This document shows, in pieces, positions 1 through 10,134 of a DNA stretch of 51,438 bases. The translations under genes were made by a program, and so were the position numbers. This DNA is from a phage, in sequence record PZ754631.1; one strand, written 5' to 3'. The notes under the pieces were generated by a model. The model was not told where the DNA came from, did no database searches, and worked only from the letters and a program-made list of their open reading frames with translations. Every line of letters begins with the position of its first letter. Position 1 is the first letter of the stretch.

Positions 1-522
1 ATGGCTAAAAACGTTGAGCCAGCAGTAAAGGCTTGCAATTTTAAAAAACTATATAATAAGCAATATGGCGATATTGCAAAAATGACAAAGGCGCACAAGT
101 ACACGCCGGAACAGGTATTTGATCTGGCTGTACGTTACTTTACGTGGGCGGAGGAAAACCATATACAGGCTGCGGAAACGGCATCCTTTCAGGGTGACGT
201 ATACGAAAGCAAGATTCACAAGCCGCGAGTGTTCACCTTAAACGGATTCCGATTATTCGCTGGCCTTTCTGCTTCCGTACTTGAAAAATGGCGACGTGAG
301 CCAGGATTCAGCGAGGTTATGGACTTTATCGACGGCGTTGTTTACGAGCAAAAATTCCAGCTTGCCGCAAACAATATTGTTAACGCCGGATTCATTGGTA
401 AAGAGATCGGCATTGAAAAGCCAGCTACCGTTACCATTGAGAATAACACAAGCGCCAGCGTTGACGCTGTAACGGCGGAGGAAGTCAAAGAGGCGGTAAT
501 TGACATTCTGGAGAAGATATAA
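1..522 (+). CDS. terS: terminase small subunit
   Basis: 173 aa directly upstream of and overlapping (ATAATG) the large terminase; HTH-like N-terminal region; RBS AGGAGG lies at the window end, implying circular closure. Confidence 0.6.
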   Translation: MAKNVEPAVKACNFKKLYNKQYGDIAKMTKAHKYTPEQVFDLAVRYFTWAEENHIQAAETASFQGDVYESKIHKPRVFTLNGFRLFAGLSASVLEKWRREPGFSEVMDFIDGVVYEQKFQLAANNIVNAGFIGKEIGIEKPATVTIENNTSASVDAVTAEEVKEAVIDILEKI

Positions 523-2090
523 TGCTGATTTGGGAAGACTTAACAGCGGCGCAAAAACGCGCCATTAAGGAAATGAGCGAATATTCATTCGAAAAGATGA
601 TCCGCATTTGGTTTCAACTTCTCCAGGGGCAAAGGTTCTTAGGAAACTGGCATTTCAGTTACCTATGCAGCGAAGTTGAAAAAATAATCAAAGGCGAGTC
701 ACAGAACGTAATTTTCAACATAACGCCAGGCAGTGGTAAAACAGAGATATTCTCGATCCACATGTCACCTTATGCGTCATTGAAAAGTAAGAAGGTGAGA
801 AATCTTAATTTGTCGTTTAGTGATGGCCTTGTACAGCAGAATAGCAACCGCATCAAAGAGATTATTGGTTCTCCAGAGTGGCAGGAGCTATGGCCTGGAA
901 AGCTGGCAAAGGCGAGCGCAAAGGATTTGATTGTAACCGATGGCGGCAAGGTTAAATTACAAGTTAACTCGCGCTCTATCGGAGGTCAGGTTACTGGTCT
1001 GCGTGGCGGCTACATGGACGATGGTTTTACTGGTATGTTGGTTCTTGATGATCCAGACAAGCCGGATGACATGCTTTCTAAGGTGAAGCGCGAAGCCGGA
1101 CACATGCGCCTAAAGAACACGGTGCGATCGCGTCGAATGAAGGACACCACGCCAATCGTAATGGTCCAGCAACGGCTACACGTCAATGATTCAACATGGT
1201 TCATGACAAACGGCGGCATGGGCGGCATCCAGTTTAAGGTGGTTAGTATTCCTGCGCTCGTTACTAAGGAATATCGCGAAACGCTTCCTGACTGGTTAAA
1301 GCCTGAGTTTGATCGCGATGTTTTGTCCAGTAAGCCGGTGATGATTGATGGTGTTGCTCATTATTCGTTCTGGCCTGCTAAGGAAAGCGCGGAGGAATTA
1401 CTTGCACTTCGAAATGCTGATCCGTACACATTCGCTAGTCAGTATCAGCAACAGCCTGTTGCGCTTGGCGGTAACGTGTTTAAAACAGAGTGGTTTCAGT
1501 ATTACGGCAGCAGCGAGAAATGCACGCTACCAAAACCGGATCGCTTTGAATATACATTTATCACTGTTGATACCGCACAGAAAACAGGGGAGCTTAACGA
1601 CTACTCAGTGATCTGTTATTGGGGGATGTATAAAGATCGTGTCTACTTCATTGATGGCGTTCGCGGAAAATGGGAAGCACCGGACCTTGAGACGAATTTT
1701 GTTGCATTCGTTAATCAGTGCTGGAAGCGCAATAAAGAATGCGGAACGTTGCGAAGGATTCATGTTGAAGATAAGTCATCTGGCACTGGCTTGATTCAGA
1801 GTGCAGCGAAAAAAATCATGATCAAGATCAATCCCGTTCAGCGCGATAAAGACAAGGTTACTCGCGCAATGGACGCAGCGCCAGTAATGCGCGCCGGACG
1901 CGTAGCACTTCCAGAATCACATCCTATGCTGGCTGAGATACTAGCTGAAGTTGCGGCGTTTACATTCGATGATAGCCATCCTCATGATGATATTGTTGAT
2001 AACATCATTGATGCGGTTAACATTGAAATGAACATGGCAGATGATCCGGTTGGAAGAATGAAAAAATTGGCAGGTTTGCGGAACAAATAG
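522..2090 (+). CDS. terL: terminase large subunit
   Basis: 522 aa; Walker A-like PGSGKT and Walker B-like VLDDPD ATPase motifs, C-terminal nuclease-like region; position before portal. Confidence 0.85.
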   Translation: MLIWEDLTAAQKRAIKEMSEYSFEKMIRIWFQLLQGQRFLGNWHFSYLCSEVEKIIKGESQNVIFNITPGSGKTEIFSIHMSPYASLKSKKVRNLNLSFSDGLVQQNSNRIKEIIGSPEWQELWPGKLAKASAKDLIVTDGGKVKLQVNSRSIGGQVTGLRGGYMDDGFTGMLVLDDPDKPDDMLSKVKREAGHMRLKNTVRSRRMKDTTPIVMVQQRLHVNDSTWFMTNGGMGGIQFKVVSIPALVTKEYRETLPDWLKPEFDRDVLSSKPVMIDGVAHYSFWPAKESAEELLALRNADPYTFASQYQQQPVALGGNVFKTEWFQYYGSSEKCTLPKPDRFEYTFITVDTAQKTGELNDYSVICYWGMYKDRVYFIDGVRGKWEAPDLETNFVAFVNQCWKRNKECGTLRRIHVEDKSSGTGLIQSAAKKIMIKINPVQRDKDKVTRAMDAAPVMRAGRVALPESHPMLAEILAEVAAFTFDDSHPHDDIVDNIIDAVNIEMNMADDPVGRMKKLAGLRNK

Positions 2091-2120
2091 CACGAATCGA
2101 CAAACCAATATATAATCAAA

Positions 2121-2146
2121 GGCTGGAAAATCCAGCCTTTTTTATT
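2121..2146 (+). terminator. intrinsic terminator-like hairpin after terL
   Basis: GGCTGG-loop-CCAGCC followed by T-run. Confidence 0.5.
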
Positions 2147-2158
2147 GGAGGAAAGATA

Positions 2159-3439
2159 ATGAGTAAATCACGAATCGTTAAGGCTGACGGCTACAACGAG
2201 ATCTTTAAAGGCGAAAATTGCAAATCGCGAGTAGAGCAACCATTCTACATGCAATCAATGCCATACAAGACACTTGCTGACTTTTACGAAAAAGACGGCC
2301 TAGCAAAAAGGGTTATTGACGTAGTACCAGAGGAAATGGTTTCCCCTGGCTTCACGGTTGACGGCGTGGCAGACGAGGCAGCATTCCGTTCTTTGTGGGA
2401 TGAGAAGCGATTGAATGCAAAAATTATTGATGCGCTTTGCTGGTCGCGTTTGTTTGGCGGATCTGCAATCATTGCTCTTGTTCAGGATGGGCGGGCGCTC
2501 AAATCACCTGTAAAGCCTGGGGCCATGCTGGAAGATGTGCGCGTTTATGATCGTTATCAGATTCGCGTTGAAGCGCGCGAAACTAATCCACGCAAGGTTC
2601 GCTATGGCGAGCCAGTGCTTTACACTGTAACGCCGGGCGGAGACTTGCCGGAATACCAGGTACACTACACGCGCGTTTGCATTATCGACGGTGAGCGGAT
2701 ACCTAACGCAAAGCGACGCAGCAATGATGGCTGGGGTGAGTCAGTTCTTAACAAGCGACTTGTTGAGGCTATTGTTGATTATAACTATTGTGAAACGTTG
2801 GCAACGCAATTATTGCGGCGGAAGCAACAGGCTGTATGGAAGGCTAAAGGACTCGCTGACTTGTGCGATGATGAGGAAGGTGTTAGCGCGGCACGCCTGA
2901 GACTTGCGCAGGTTGACGACGAGGGCGGTGTTGGCAAAGCAATTGGTATTGATGCTGAGGATGAGGAATATGATGTTCTTAATTCTGACATCAGCGGCGT
3001 TGATTCTTTCTTGGAAAAGAAAATGGATCGCATCGTTTCCCTTTCAGGTATTCATGAAATCATCCTGAAAAATAAAAACGTTGGCGGCGTTAGCGCAAGC
3101 CAAAACACGGCGCTTGAAACATTCTATAAGCTGATTGAACGAAAACGAGTTGAGGATTACAAGCCTATTCTTGAATTTCTATTGCCGTTCATCATTAGTG
3201 AGCAGGAGTGGAGCATTGAGTTTTCACCTTTGAGCGTACCTAGCGATAAAGATCAGGCTGAAATTCTGAATAAGAATATAGACTCAATCAGCAAGGCTAT
3301 TGATGGTCAGTTCCTTGATGTTGAAGAAGCGCGAGACACGTTGCGAGCAATCGCCCCAAGCGTTAAACTAAAGGAAACTAATAAAATCAAGCTGCCGGAG
3401 CCGACTGAGCCGGAGCCAGGCACACAGGGGAATGAGTAA
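2159..3439 (+). CDS. portal protein
   Basis: 426 aa between terminase and head-morphogenesis gene; strong RBS GGAGG. Confidence 0.75.
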   Translation: MSKSRIVKADGYNEIFKGENCKSRVEQPFYMQSMPYKTLADFYEKDGLAKRVIDVVPEEMVSPGFTVDGVADEAAFRSLWDEKRLNAKIIDALCWSRLFGGSAIIALVQDGRALKSPVKPGAMLEDVRVYDRYQIRVEARETNPRKVRYGEPVLYTVTPGGDLPEYQVHYTRVCIIDGERIPNAKRRSNDGWGESVLNKRLVEAIVDYNYCETLATQLLRRKQQAVWKAKGLADLCDDEEGVSAARLRLAQVDDEGGVGKAIGIDAEDEEYDVLNSDISGVDSFLEKKMDRIVSLSGIHEIILKNKNVGGVSASQNTALETFYKLIERKRVEDYKPILEFLLPFIISEQEWSIEFSPLSVPSDKDQAEILNKNIDSISKAIDGQFLDVEEARDTLRAIAPSVKLKETNKIKLPEPTEPEPGTQGNE

Positions 3440-4203
3440 TGAAAGTGAAAGGCGTTGTTAAACAATGGCGCTTTCCTGAAGCAAGCGAGCGGCAATTTAG
3501 CCGCTCAATTCAGGAGGCAATTAGAGATCTGGTGGTCATCATGCGCAAGCGAACAAAAGCGATGAAGTTTGACGCAACAGATAATGAGATCAACAGCGCA
3601 GAAGATGAAATTAACAACCTGGCAACTGACCTTATAGCTGGCATTGTTTCAACTCTTCCCGCAATCGCGTTGACAATTTATAAATTCAATGCGAAGCAGT
3701 TTATCAATGTTGCCAAGTCAACTGGCGGAAAGGATAATACGGCGGTAATTGTTTTGATCGCGGTTGGCGCTAACGCTAACGAGGACTGGTATCAGACGCT
3801 ATACGGTCAATGGCACGGGCTTACAGAATCATCGCTAAGGAAGTTATTCACAAACATTGTTTCTGATTGGTCAACAAACATTCGAAATGCAAACTTTCGC
3901 GGAAGCAATGATAAACAGGTTAACGATCTTGCAGAAAAGAGATTTGCTGTTTATAGCTCTTGGGGTAAAACGAGATCAGAAAACATTATCGGCGCGTGGA
4001 ATAGTCGCCTGATGCGCCAGCGCCTTTATGATGCTAAGGTGACTCATTATTTCTGGCATGGAATGTTAGATGATAGAGAGCGATTGCAGCATGTGTTATG
4101 GGAAGGTAAAAGAATAGCGCTTGATGCAATTCATGATTTCCCTGGTGAGCCGTGGGGTTGCCGTTGCTGGGCGATTCCAGATTGGAATAATAAAGGAGAG
4201 TAA
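3439..4203 (+). CDS. head morphogenesis protein (Mu F / SPP1 gp7-like)
   Basis: 254 aa following portal with overlapping start; C-terminal conserved PGEPWGCRC region typical of the family. Confidence 0.7.
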   Translation: MKVKGVVKQWRFPEASERQFSRSIQEAIRDLVVIMRKRTKAMKFDATDNEINSAEDEINNLATDLIAGIVSTLPAIALTIYKFNAKQFINVAKSTGGKDNTAVIVLIAVGANANEDWYQTLYGQWHGLTESSLRKLFTNIVSDWSTNIRNANFRGSNDKQVNDLAEKRFAVYSSWGKTRSENIIGAWNSRLMRQRLYDAKVTHYFWHGMLDDRERLQHVLWEGKRIALDAIHDFPGEPWGCRCWAIPDWNNKGE

Positions 4204-4206
4204 TTA

Positions 4207-5319
4207 ATGAAGGCAAAACAAAGATTTGATAGCGTCCAGGTTAAGGCGCATTTTGATGATAATGGCTTTTTAGTAGATCGCCCAATTGTGGCGCGAATTG
4301 GTTTGCAGGAGTACCGCACACCGTATGGAATCAGACGAGAGTTCCGACCAGCGTCAGAAGTGTTTAAGGCGGATTCGCTTGCTACGTTCGCAGGCAAGCC
4401 GATCACTATCGGTCACGTCACAGTGACGCCAGATAATGCGGATCAGGTTGTTGTTGGTTCATGCGCTGGTGCTGGTGTTCCAAATGGTGTTGGCGTTGAA
4501 GTTCCGTTAAGTATTTACTCAAAGCGAGCAATTGAGAGCGCAAAAAAGAAAGACACGGCGGAAATTTCAGTTGGTTACACATCAATTGATATTGATAAAC
4601 CAGGTTGGGGCAATAATAAAACTGGCGATTACTTGTTTGAGGAAGACATTAAGGAAGACTGGAAGCCTGACTCCCCTGATTGGGTTAAATTTGACGCCAT
4701 TCAGACGAATATCCGTGTTAATCACATTGCGCTCGTCTTTCGTGGTCGCGCTGGAATTGCCAAATTAAATCTTGATAGTGAACAGGATTTTCCGTATAGT
4801 GACGAGGTTCTAAATGACAAAGGAGATGAGGAAATGACAGTAAAAATTAAACTTGATGGCGCGGTAGAATTTGATGTTCCAAAGGCCGTTGCTGATCATA
4901 TTGAGGCGTTAAAGGCAGATGCAAAAGCTGCAACCGAAAAGGCTGATGGCCTTGAGGCCGAGCGCGACGCCCTGAAAACTAAAGTCGATGGCATTCCGAC
5001 GCAGATTGCAGAAGCTGTTAAGAAGGCAAAGACTGACGCAGAAGAACACGCCAAGCTAGTTGCAGATGCAACTGAAATTGGCATCAAGTGTGACGGCTTG
5101 GACGCTAAAGCGATCAAAGTTGCTTACGTCAAAGAAGTCACTGGCGCTGATATTTCAGAAAAAGCCGATGCATATATTGAAACAGCTTTTGACCTTGCGA
5201 AGCAGTCTGATAAAATGGCGGCGCAGCGTAAATCTGTTAAGGGCGATTCTTTCGAGTCTGGCAAGAGTGAAAAAACCGACTCCCTTGATCCGACTGCGCG
5301 TTTGAAAAAACTTAAATAA
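4207..5319 (+). CDS. head scaffolding protein (possible protease-scaffold fusion)
   Basis: 370 aa; C-terminal half is Ala/Lys/Glu/Asp-rich predicted coiled coil; located between morphogenesis gene and capsid. Confidence 0.55.
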   Translation: MKAKQRFDSVQVKAHFDDNGFLVDRPIVARIGLQEYRTPYGIRREFRPASEVFKADSLATFAGKPITIGHVTVTPDNADQVVVGSCAGAGVPNGVGVEVPLSIYSKRAIESAKKKDTAEISVGYTSIDIDKPGWGNNKTGDYLFEEDIKEDWKPDSPDWVKFDAIQTNIRVNHIALVFRGRAGIAKLNLDSEQDFPYSDEVLNDKGDEEMTVKIKLDGAVEFDVPKAVADHIEALKADAKAATEKADGLEAERDALKTKVDGIPTQIAEAVKKAKTDAEEHAKLVADATEIGIKCDGLDAKAIKVAYVKEVTGADISEKADAYIETAFDLAKQSDKMAAQRKSVKGDSFESGKSEKTDSLDPTARLKKLK

Positions 5320-5331
5320 GGAGAAATAAAC

Positions 5332-5844
5332 ATGGCTACAATTGGAGCAAGTTATTTTGCTGTAATGTCTCGTGCGTTACCTGGTCAGGTTTCTGACACT
5401 TCAGCTTATAATATTGATGGCGCTTGTGTTCTTGAGAATGCGGCAGGCAATCAGAATAAGTCTGTTTTTGTTGGTGTGGCGGTCCAGCATGGCGGCGTTG
5501 ATGCGATGGGTAATAAACTGATCAAGCCTATGGCGGCAAGCGGCAAGGCTTACGGCGTTGCAATTCGATCTCACTTTCAGACAACTTCGTCTGACGGTCG
5601 AATGATTTATGAATCTGGCGGCGGAATCAACGTAATGACTGAGGGGCGTGTTTGGATGTTGGCTAAAGACGCCACCGCGCCAGCGTTCGGCACTACAATC
5701 AAGCTGTCTGATGATGGTCAGGTTGATACAGGGTCTGGCACTATCGAAACAAACTGGATCGCAACTGGTGACTTTACCGAGTTTCAAGGCTTGAAGCTGG
5801 TAGAGGTTCAGGTGCAAAAAGTTCCGGCAGTTTCTGCTAGTTAA
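5332..5844 (+). CDS. head-associated structural protein, paralog 1 (decoration/cement-like)
   Basis: 170 aa; shares pattern GVAVQ..G.VWML..G..I.L..DG with the next gene; followed by intrinsic terminator. Confidence 0.5.
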   Translation: MATIGASYFAVMSRALPGQVSDTSAYNIDGACVLENAAGNQNKSVFVGVAVQHGGVDAMGNKLIKPMAASGKAYGVAIRSHFQTTSSDGRMIYESGGGINVMTEGRVWMLAKDATAPAFGTTIKLSDDGQVDTGSGTIETNWIATGDFTEFQGLKLVEVQVQKVPAVSAS

Positions 5845-5851
5845 TAAATAT

Positions 5852-5876
5852 GGCGCTCACTGAGCGCCTTTTTTAT
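5852..5876 (+). terminator. intrinsic terminator
   Basis: GGCGCTCA/TGAGCGCC stem plus TTTTTT. Confidence 0.6.
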
Positions 5877-5889
5877 ATTTGGAGTTATC

Positions 5890-6324
5890 ATGAGTGATTA
5901 TTCAGTCATTGTTGGCGCTGAGTCGCCAGGGTGCATGGTCGATTCTTCAATAATGGTGATTAACGGATCTTTCGTGTGCGGAGATGAATTTATTGCGCCA
6001 GGTAAGATTGTGCGACTATCACATATAACAAATGGATACAAAATAGCAAGTGTTAATGGGGATCTAGTTATTGGCGTGGCAGTAAGGCCGCCGGACTCGT
6101 GCATATATGAGGAGGGTGATACCGTTAATGTGGTTAGTAGAGGTAGTGTGTGGTGCTTAACTTCTGAGAGCGAAGCGCCAGAATATGGAGATAAAGTATT
6201 TGTAACTCAAGATGGAGATGCGGCATACAGTGAAGGAGACTTGCTGATTGGTTGGATCTTTACTGGCGAACATGTAAAGGTTGATCATGATTCATATATT
6301 GTCGGGGTAAGCATTAGCGCATAA
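5890..6324 (+). CDS. head-associated structural protein, paralog 2
   Basis: 144 aa; same motif order as 5332-5844 (IGVAVR..G.VWCL..G.KVFV.QDG); immediately upstream of major capsid gene. Confidence 0.5.
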   Translation: MSDYSVIVGAESPGCMVDSSIMVINGSFVCGDEFIAPGKIVRLSHITNGYKIASVNGDLVIGVAVRPPDSCIYEEGDTVNVVSRGSVWCLTSESEAPEYGDKVFVTQDGDAAYSEGDLLIGWIFTGEHVKVDHDSYIVGVSISA

Positions 6325-6407
6325 CACAAAATTATGTTGCACGTTTAACAAAAAATGCTATCATTGGGGCGTTACATACTAACGGCCTTTATATATGGAG
6401 GAAGAAA

Positions 6408-7382
6408 ATGGAAAAAGAAAAATTTGATCAGCTAGATGCGGATATTGTTTCTAGCTATCTAGCTACTCGCGGCGTTAAGGGTGATGCTTCTGATATGGGT
6501 ATCTGGACGGCGCAAGAGCTTCACAAGATCCGCTCAACTGCTTACGAGAAAGAGTATCCGGCAGGTTCGGCACTTCGTGTGTTCCCTGTAACTAATGAGC
6601 TTTCTGATACTGATAAAACTTTTGAATACCAGATGTTTGATAAAGTTGGTTACGCAAAAATTATTGCTGATTACACCGACGATCTGCCGACCGTTGACGC
6701 GCTGATGTCTAGCGAATTTGGTAAAGTGTTCCGCTTGGGTAACGCGTTCTTGATCTCCATTGACGAAATCAAGGCTGGTCAGCGTACTGGTAAGAGCCTT
6801 TCCACTCGCAAGGCAAACGCAGCGCAAAACGCTCATGATCAGGAAGTTAACCGCCTGGTGTTTAAGGGTTCAAAGCCGCATAAGATTCTTTCGGTGTTTG
6901 AACACCCTAACCTGACAAAGATCGTGTCAACTGGCTGGTTAAGTGCTGATGAAAACACTAAGTTCCCGCAGGCAGCATCTGATGAACTGGAAAAGGCTAT
7001 TGAAACCATTCAGACCATCACCAATGGTCAGCACCGAGCAACCAACATCCTGATTCCGCCGTCTATGCGCAAGGTTCTTTCCGTTCGAATGGAAAACACC
7101 ACTGAAAGTTATCTGGAATACTTCCAGAAACAAAACAGCGGAATCACCATTGACTCAATCGCAGAGCTTGAGGATATTGATGGCGCAGGAACGAAAGGTT
7201 GCCTGGTATATGAGAAAGACCCGATGAACATGTCGATCGAAATTCCAGAAGCATTTAACATGCTTCCTGCGCAACCAAAAGATCTGCATTTCAAAGTTCC
7301 GTGTACTTCAAAATGTACTGGCCTGACGATTTACCGTCCGTTTACGCTAGTGCTTATTACTGGCTTGAAAAAATCAGGTTAA
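6408..7382 (+). CDS. major capsid protein
   Basis: 324 aa; strong RBS GGAGG; flanked by intrinsic terminators (hallmark of highly expressed capsid gene); position in head module. Confidence 0.8.
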   Translation: MEKEKFDQLDADIVSSYLATRGVKGDASDMGIWTAQELHKIRSTAYEKEYPAGSALRVFPVTNELSDTDKTFEYQMFDKVGYAKIIADYTDDLPTVDALMSSEFGKVFRLGNAFLISIDEIKAGQRTGKSLSTRKANAAQNAHDQEVNRLVFKGSKPHKILSVFEHPNLTKIVSTGWLSADENTKFPQAASDELEKAIETIQTITNGQHRATNILIPPSMRKVLSVRMENTTESYLEYFQKQNSGITIDSIAELEDIDGAGTKGCLVYEKDPMNMSIEIPEAFNMLPAQPKDLHFKVPCTSKCTGLTIYRPFTLVLITGLKKSG

Positions 7383-7395
7383 TCGTATAACATTG

Positions 7396-7425
7396 GGGAA
7401 TCCTTAACTGGATTCCCTTTTTTAT
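7396..7425 (+). terminator. intrinsic terminator after major capsid gene
   Basis: GGGAATCC-loop-GGATTCCC stem plus TTTTTT. Confidence 0.65.
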
Positions 7426-7438
7426 TGGAGGTTATGAA

Positions 7439-7711
7439 ATGGCTAAAGAAAAAACTGTAACGCTAAAGGTTTCCGGCGTGTGCCTTATCATTGTTGATGG
7501 TGAGCATTATCATCCAGGCAAAGAGTTTGACGTAGAAGAATCAAAATTGAAAACAAGCGCGTTTGAATATCTAATTGCAAAAGGCGATCTGGAGGTTAAA
7601 GACAACTCCGCATTGAACGAAGAAATCAAACAGAGCGCAGCAAGCAAACGTAAAAAAGATCCGCGAGAGGGCAAGAGCAAAGCCGAACTTGAAGACGGCG
7701 GCATCTATTAA
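7439..7711 (+). CDS. hypothetical head-module protein
   Basis: 90 aa ORF with RBS GGAGG between two hairpin terminators. Confidence 0.5.
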   Translation: MAKEKTVTLKVSGVCLIIVDGEHYHPGKEFDVEESKLKTSAFEYLIAKGDLEVKDNSALNEEIKQSAASKRKKDPREGKSKAELEDGGIY

Positions 7712-7758
7712 TAAAGAGGGCGCTTATAGCGCCCTTTGTCATATCTGGAGGAAACACA

Positions 7759-8175
7759 ATGGTTGATGAATTTTTCACTGACGCAGAAATCACGCAGCAA
7801 ATCGTGAAATTAGCTCCACCGATGAAACAGATTGATCCAGATTTAATGGTGGCATGGATTGATCTGGCAAAGGAATTTGTTTGCAAGAAGCGGTTTAAAG
7901 AATCATATCCCAAAGCGGTTGCTCTTTATACGTTGCACCTTATGACGCTTGACGGAGCCATGAAGCAAGAGGGGGAAAGCGTAGAAAGTTACTCGCGGCG
8001 AGTTGCGTCATTTTCCCTGACTGGTGAATTTAGCCAGACATTTGATCGCGTGTCCGGCGATTCAAGCGGAAAAGAGATTAGACAAACTCCGTGGGGCAAA
8101 ATGTATGAGACGTTAAATAGAAAAAAAGGCGGTGGATTTGGCCTTGTGACTGGATTTCGGAGGCGCTGCAAATGA
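7759..8175 (+). CDS. head-tail connector/adaptor-like protein
   Basis: 138 aa; position between capsid and neck genes; RBS GGAGG. Confidence 0.45.
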   Translation: MVDEFFTDAEITQQIVKLAPPMKQIDPDLMVAWIDLAKEFVCKKRFKESYPKAVALYTLHLMTLDGAMKQEGESVESYSRRVASFSLTGEFSQTFDRVSGDSSGKEIRQTPWGKMYETLNRKKGGGFGLVTGFRRRCK

Positions 8176-8543
8176 ACTATAACGAGATCGCAAGAATGGC
8201 AACCGAAGGAATTAACTTCTTTAGTGATGGCAACGGTGAGTTTAAGTGCATAACGCAGCGTGGAAGCGTTGAAATCATCGGAGGCGAAGAAGTAGAAAAG
8301 CCAGAGATTAGTGTAATGATTAATGGTTTAATTAGATCACCCAAAGTCCGAGAGGTTGACGGCGAGACAATACGAGTAACCGATAAGTTGGGAGTTTTTA
8401 ACAATAAAGTTGAAATTAAGAACGGGTATCATATTGATGTTGATGGTGAATTATATGTTGTAGTTGAAGCAAGACCAATCAGGCAAACCAATGTCACTGT
8501 TGCTTATCGGCCTATTTTGAGAAGGATTTCTGTACATGGCTAA
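8172..8543 (+). CDS. head-tail joining (neck) protein
   Basis: 123 aa; translationally coupled (ATGA overlap) to neighbours in neck module. Confidence 0.45.
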   Translation: MNYNEIARMATEGINFFSDGNGEFKCITQRGSVEIIGGEEVEKPEISVMINGLIRSPKVREVDGETIRVTDKLGVFNNKVEIKNGYHIDVDGELYVVVEARPIRQTNVTVAYRPILRRISVHG

Positions 8544-8979
8544 AAACTACACGATAAGGGAATTTCACGGCAACATTGATGCGTGGATAAACGCCATTGA
8601 TAATGGCCTGAAAGATTGCGTTGAGTTGTTCGCCGAAAAAGTGCATACAGATCTTGTTAAGCGTTCTCCGGTTGATACTGGGCGTTACCGTGCAAACTGG
8701 CAGGTAACAGCAAACAAGCCGCCATTGTATGCGCTTAACCAGTACGATAAGCACGGAGACAAAACGATCGCGGAAGGCAAGCGCGCCATATACGCGATTT
8801 TACGAGGTGGCGGCGCAGTAAGAGCCATTTATTTTTCTAACATGCTTATTTATGCTAACGCGCTTGAGTACGGTCATTCAAAACAAGCGCCAGCGGGTGT
8901 GCTTGGTATTGTTGCCGTGAAATTGCGTTCATATATGGCTGAGGCAATAAAAGAGTCGAGGGCAAAAAATGCACTATGA
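8536..8979 (+). CDS. HK97 gp10-like neck/tail component
   Basis: 147 aa; contains SPVDTGRYRANW resembling the HK97 gp10 family signature. Confidence 0.6.
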   Translation: MAKNYTIREFHGNIDAWINAIDNGLKDCVELFAEKVHTDLVKRSPVDTGRYRANWQVTANKPPLYALNQYDKHGDKTIAEGKRAIYAILRGGGAVRAIYFSNMLIYANALEYGHSKQAPAGVLGIVAVKLRSYMAEAIKESRAKNAL

Positions 8980-9367
8980 ATTAATGCTATCGGCGCGTAA
9001 GGCGCTGGCGACTGAATACGAAAGCAGATTCATGATCGCTTATGAAAACGTAGAGTTTACGCCACCTGGTGACGGTTCGCCGTGGTTGAAGTTTGACTAT
9101 TCCGAAGTTGACACAGAATACTTGTCATTAGATCGCAAATGCGTTTCTTATATCGGAATGATTCAGGTTGGCATTGTGTTTCCACCAGGTTACGGAACTG
9201 ACAGGCCGCGCGTTCTCGCTAAAGAGATTGCGAAATTCTTTTACGATGGTAAAATGTTGGAGCATGGTTATATATATGAGGGTGCAAGAGTTCACAAGCC
9301 GCTCAAGAGTGAAAGCGGTTGGATTCTCCCAATAAGGTTTTATGTTCGAATTGAAACAAAGGAGTAA
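8969..9367 (+). CDS. tail completion / tail terminator-like protein
   Basis: 132 aa immediately upstream of major tail protein; overlapping start. Confidence 0.4.
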   Translation: MHYELMLSARKALATEYESRFMIAYENVEFTPPGDGSPWLKFDYSEVDTEYLSLDRKCVSYIGMIQVGIVFPPGYGTDRPRVLAKEIAKFFYDGKMLEHGYIYEGARVHKPLKSESGWILPIRFYVRIETKE

Positions 9368-9372
9368 AAATT

Positions 9373-10035
9373 ATGCATTTACCAAATGGATCGCAAATTT
9401 TCGTTGAGAGCAATCGAGACAGCGAAATCCAAGCAACAGCAGTGTCAAACGCCAAAGATCCTGTTTTCACTGTTGCATCTGGCGGCGCTGCGTACAAGAA
9501 AGGTGATTATGTGATCATCACTGCGTCTTCTTGGGGTAAGCTGATTGATCGTGTTATGCGTGTAAAGGCTAACGGTGAAGAAACAAGCGTAACGCTTGAG
9601 GGCGTTGATACGTCTGATACTAACGCGTTCCCTACTGGCGGCACAGCGTCTTTTGCAAAAATCAGCGCATGGACTGAGATCCCTTGCATTCAGGATTTGT
9701 CGCAGGAAGGAGGCGAACAGCAATACTATACTTATCAGTGTTTGGCAGACGACCAGGAACAGCAGTTACCTACCTATACGAGCGCCGTTTCTCTGACCTA
9801 CACTTTTGCGCACGAATACGATAACGCGATCTATCCGTTACTTCGTACAGCAGATGAATCAAACGCTGTAACAGCGCTTCGCATGTATATACCAAAAGCA
9901 AAAGAGATGCGTTGCTGGGCTGGTGTCCTTTCGTTTAACGAAATCCCGCAGACCACAGTTAACGAAATGGAAACTGTTTCCCTGTCTGTATCCCTGAAAG
10001 GTCGATTCACCTTTCTACCTTCTCAAGTAGCATAA
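9373..10035 (+). CDS. major tail (tube) protein
   Basis: 220 aa; position before chaperone/frameshift pair; followed by strong intrinsic terminator. Confidence 0.75.
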   Translation: MHLPNGSQIFVESNRDSEIQATAVSNAKDPVFTVASGGAAYKKGDYVIITASSWGKLIDRVMRVKANGEETSVTLEGVDTSDTNAFPTGGTASFAKISAWTEIPCIQDLSQEGGEQQYYTYQCLADDQEQQLPTYTSAVSLTYTFAHEYDNAIYPLLRTADESNAVTALRMYIPKAKEMRCWAGVLSFNEIPQTTVNEMETVSLSVSLKGRFTFLPSQVA

Positions 10036-10040
10036 TCACA

Positions 10041-10064
10041 AGGGGCGTTGCGCCCCTTTTTTTG
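10041..10064 (+). terminator. intrinsic terminator after major tail gene
   Basis: AGGGGCG-TTG-CGCCCCT plus T7. Confidence 0.7.
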
Positions 10065-10134
10065 TTACTGTACAATCATGATACACGATTCATAATCAAT
10101 TCTTTTAACAAAAAGTGCTATCAAGGAGAAAGAA

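Noticed and set aside
2085-2116. Degenerate early-motif copy (AAATAGCACGAATCGACAAAC plus TATAAT) after terL as a promoter
   Set aside because: The motif is more divergent and the -10 is immediately followed by a terminator hairpin; kept only as a terminator feature.
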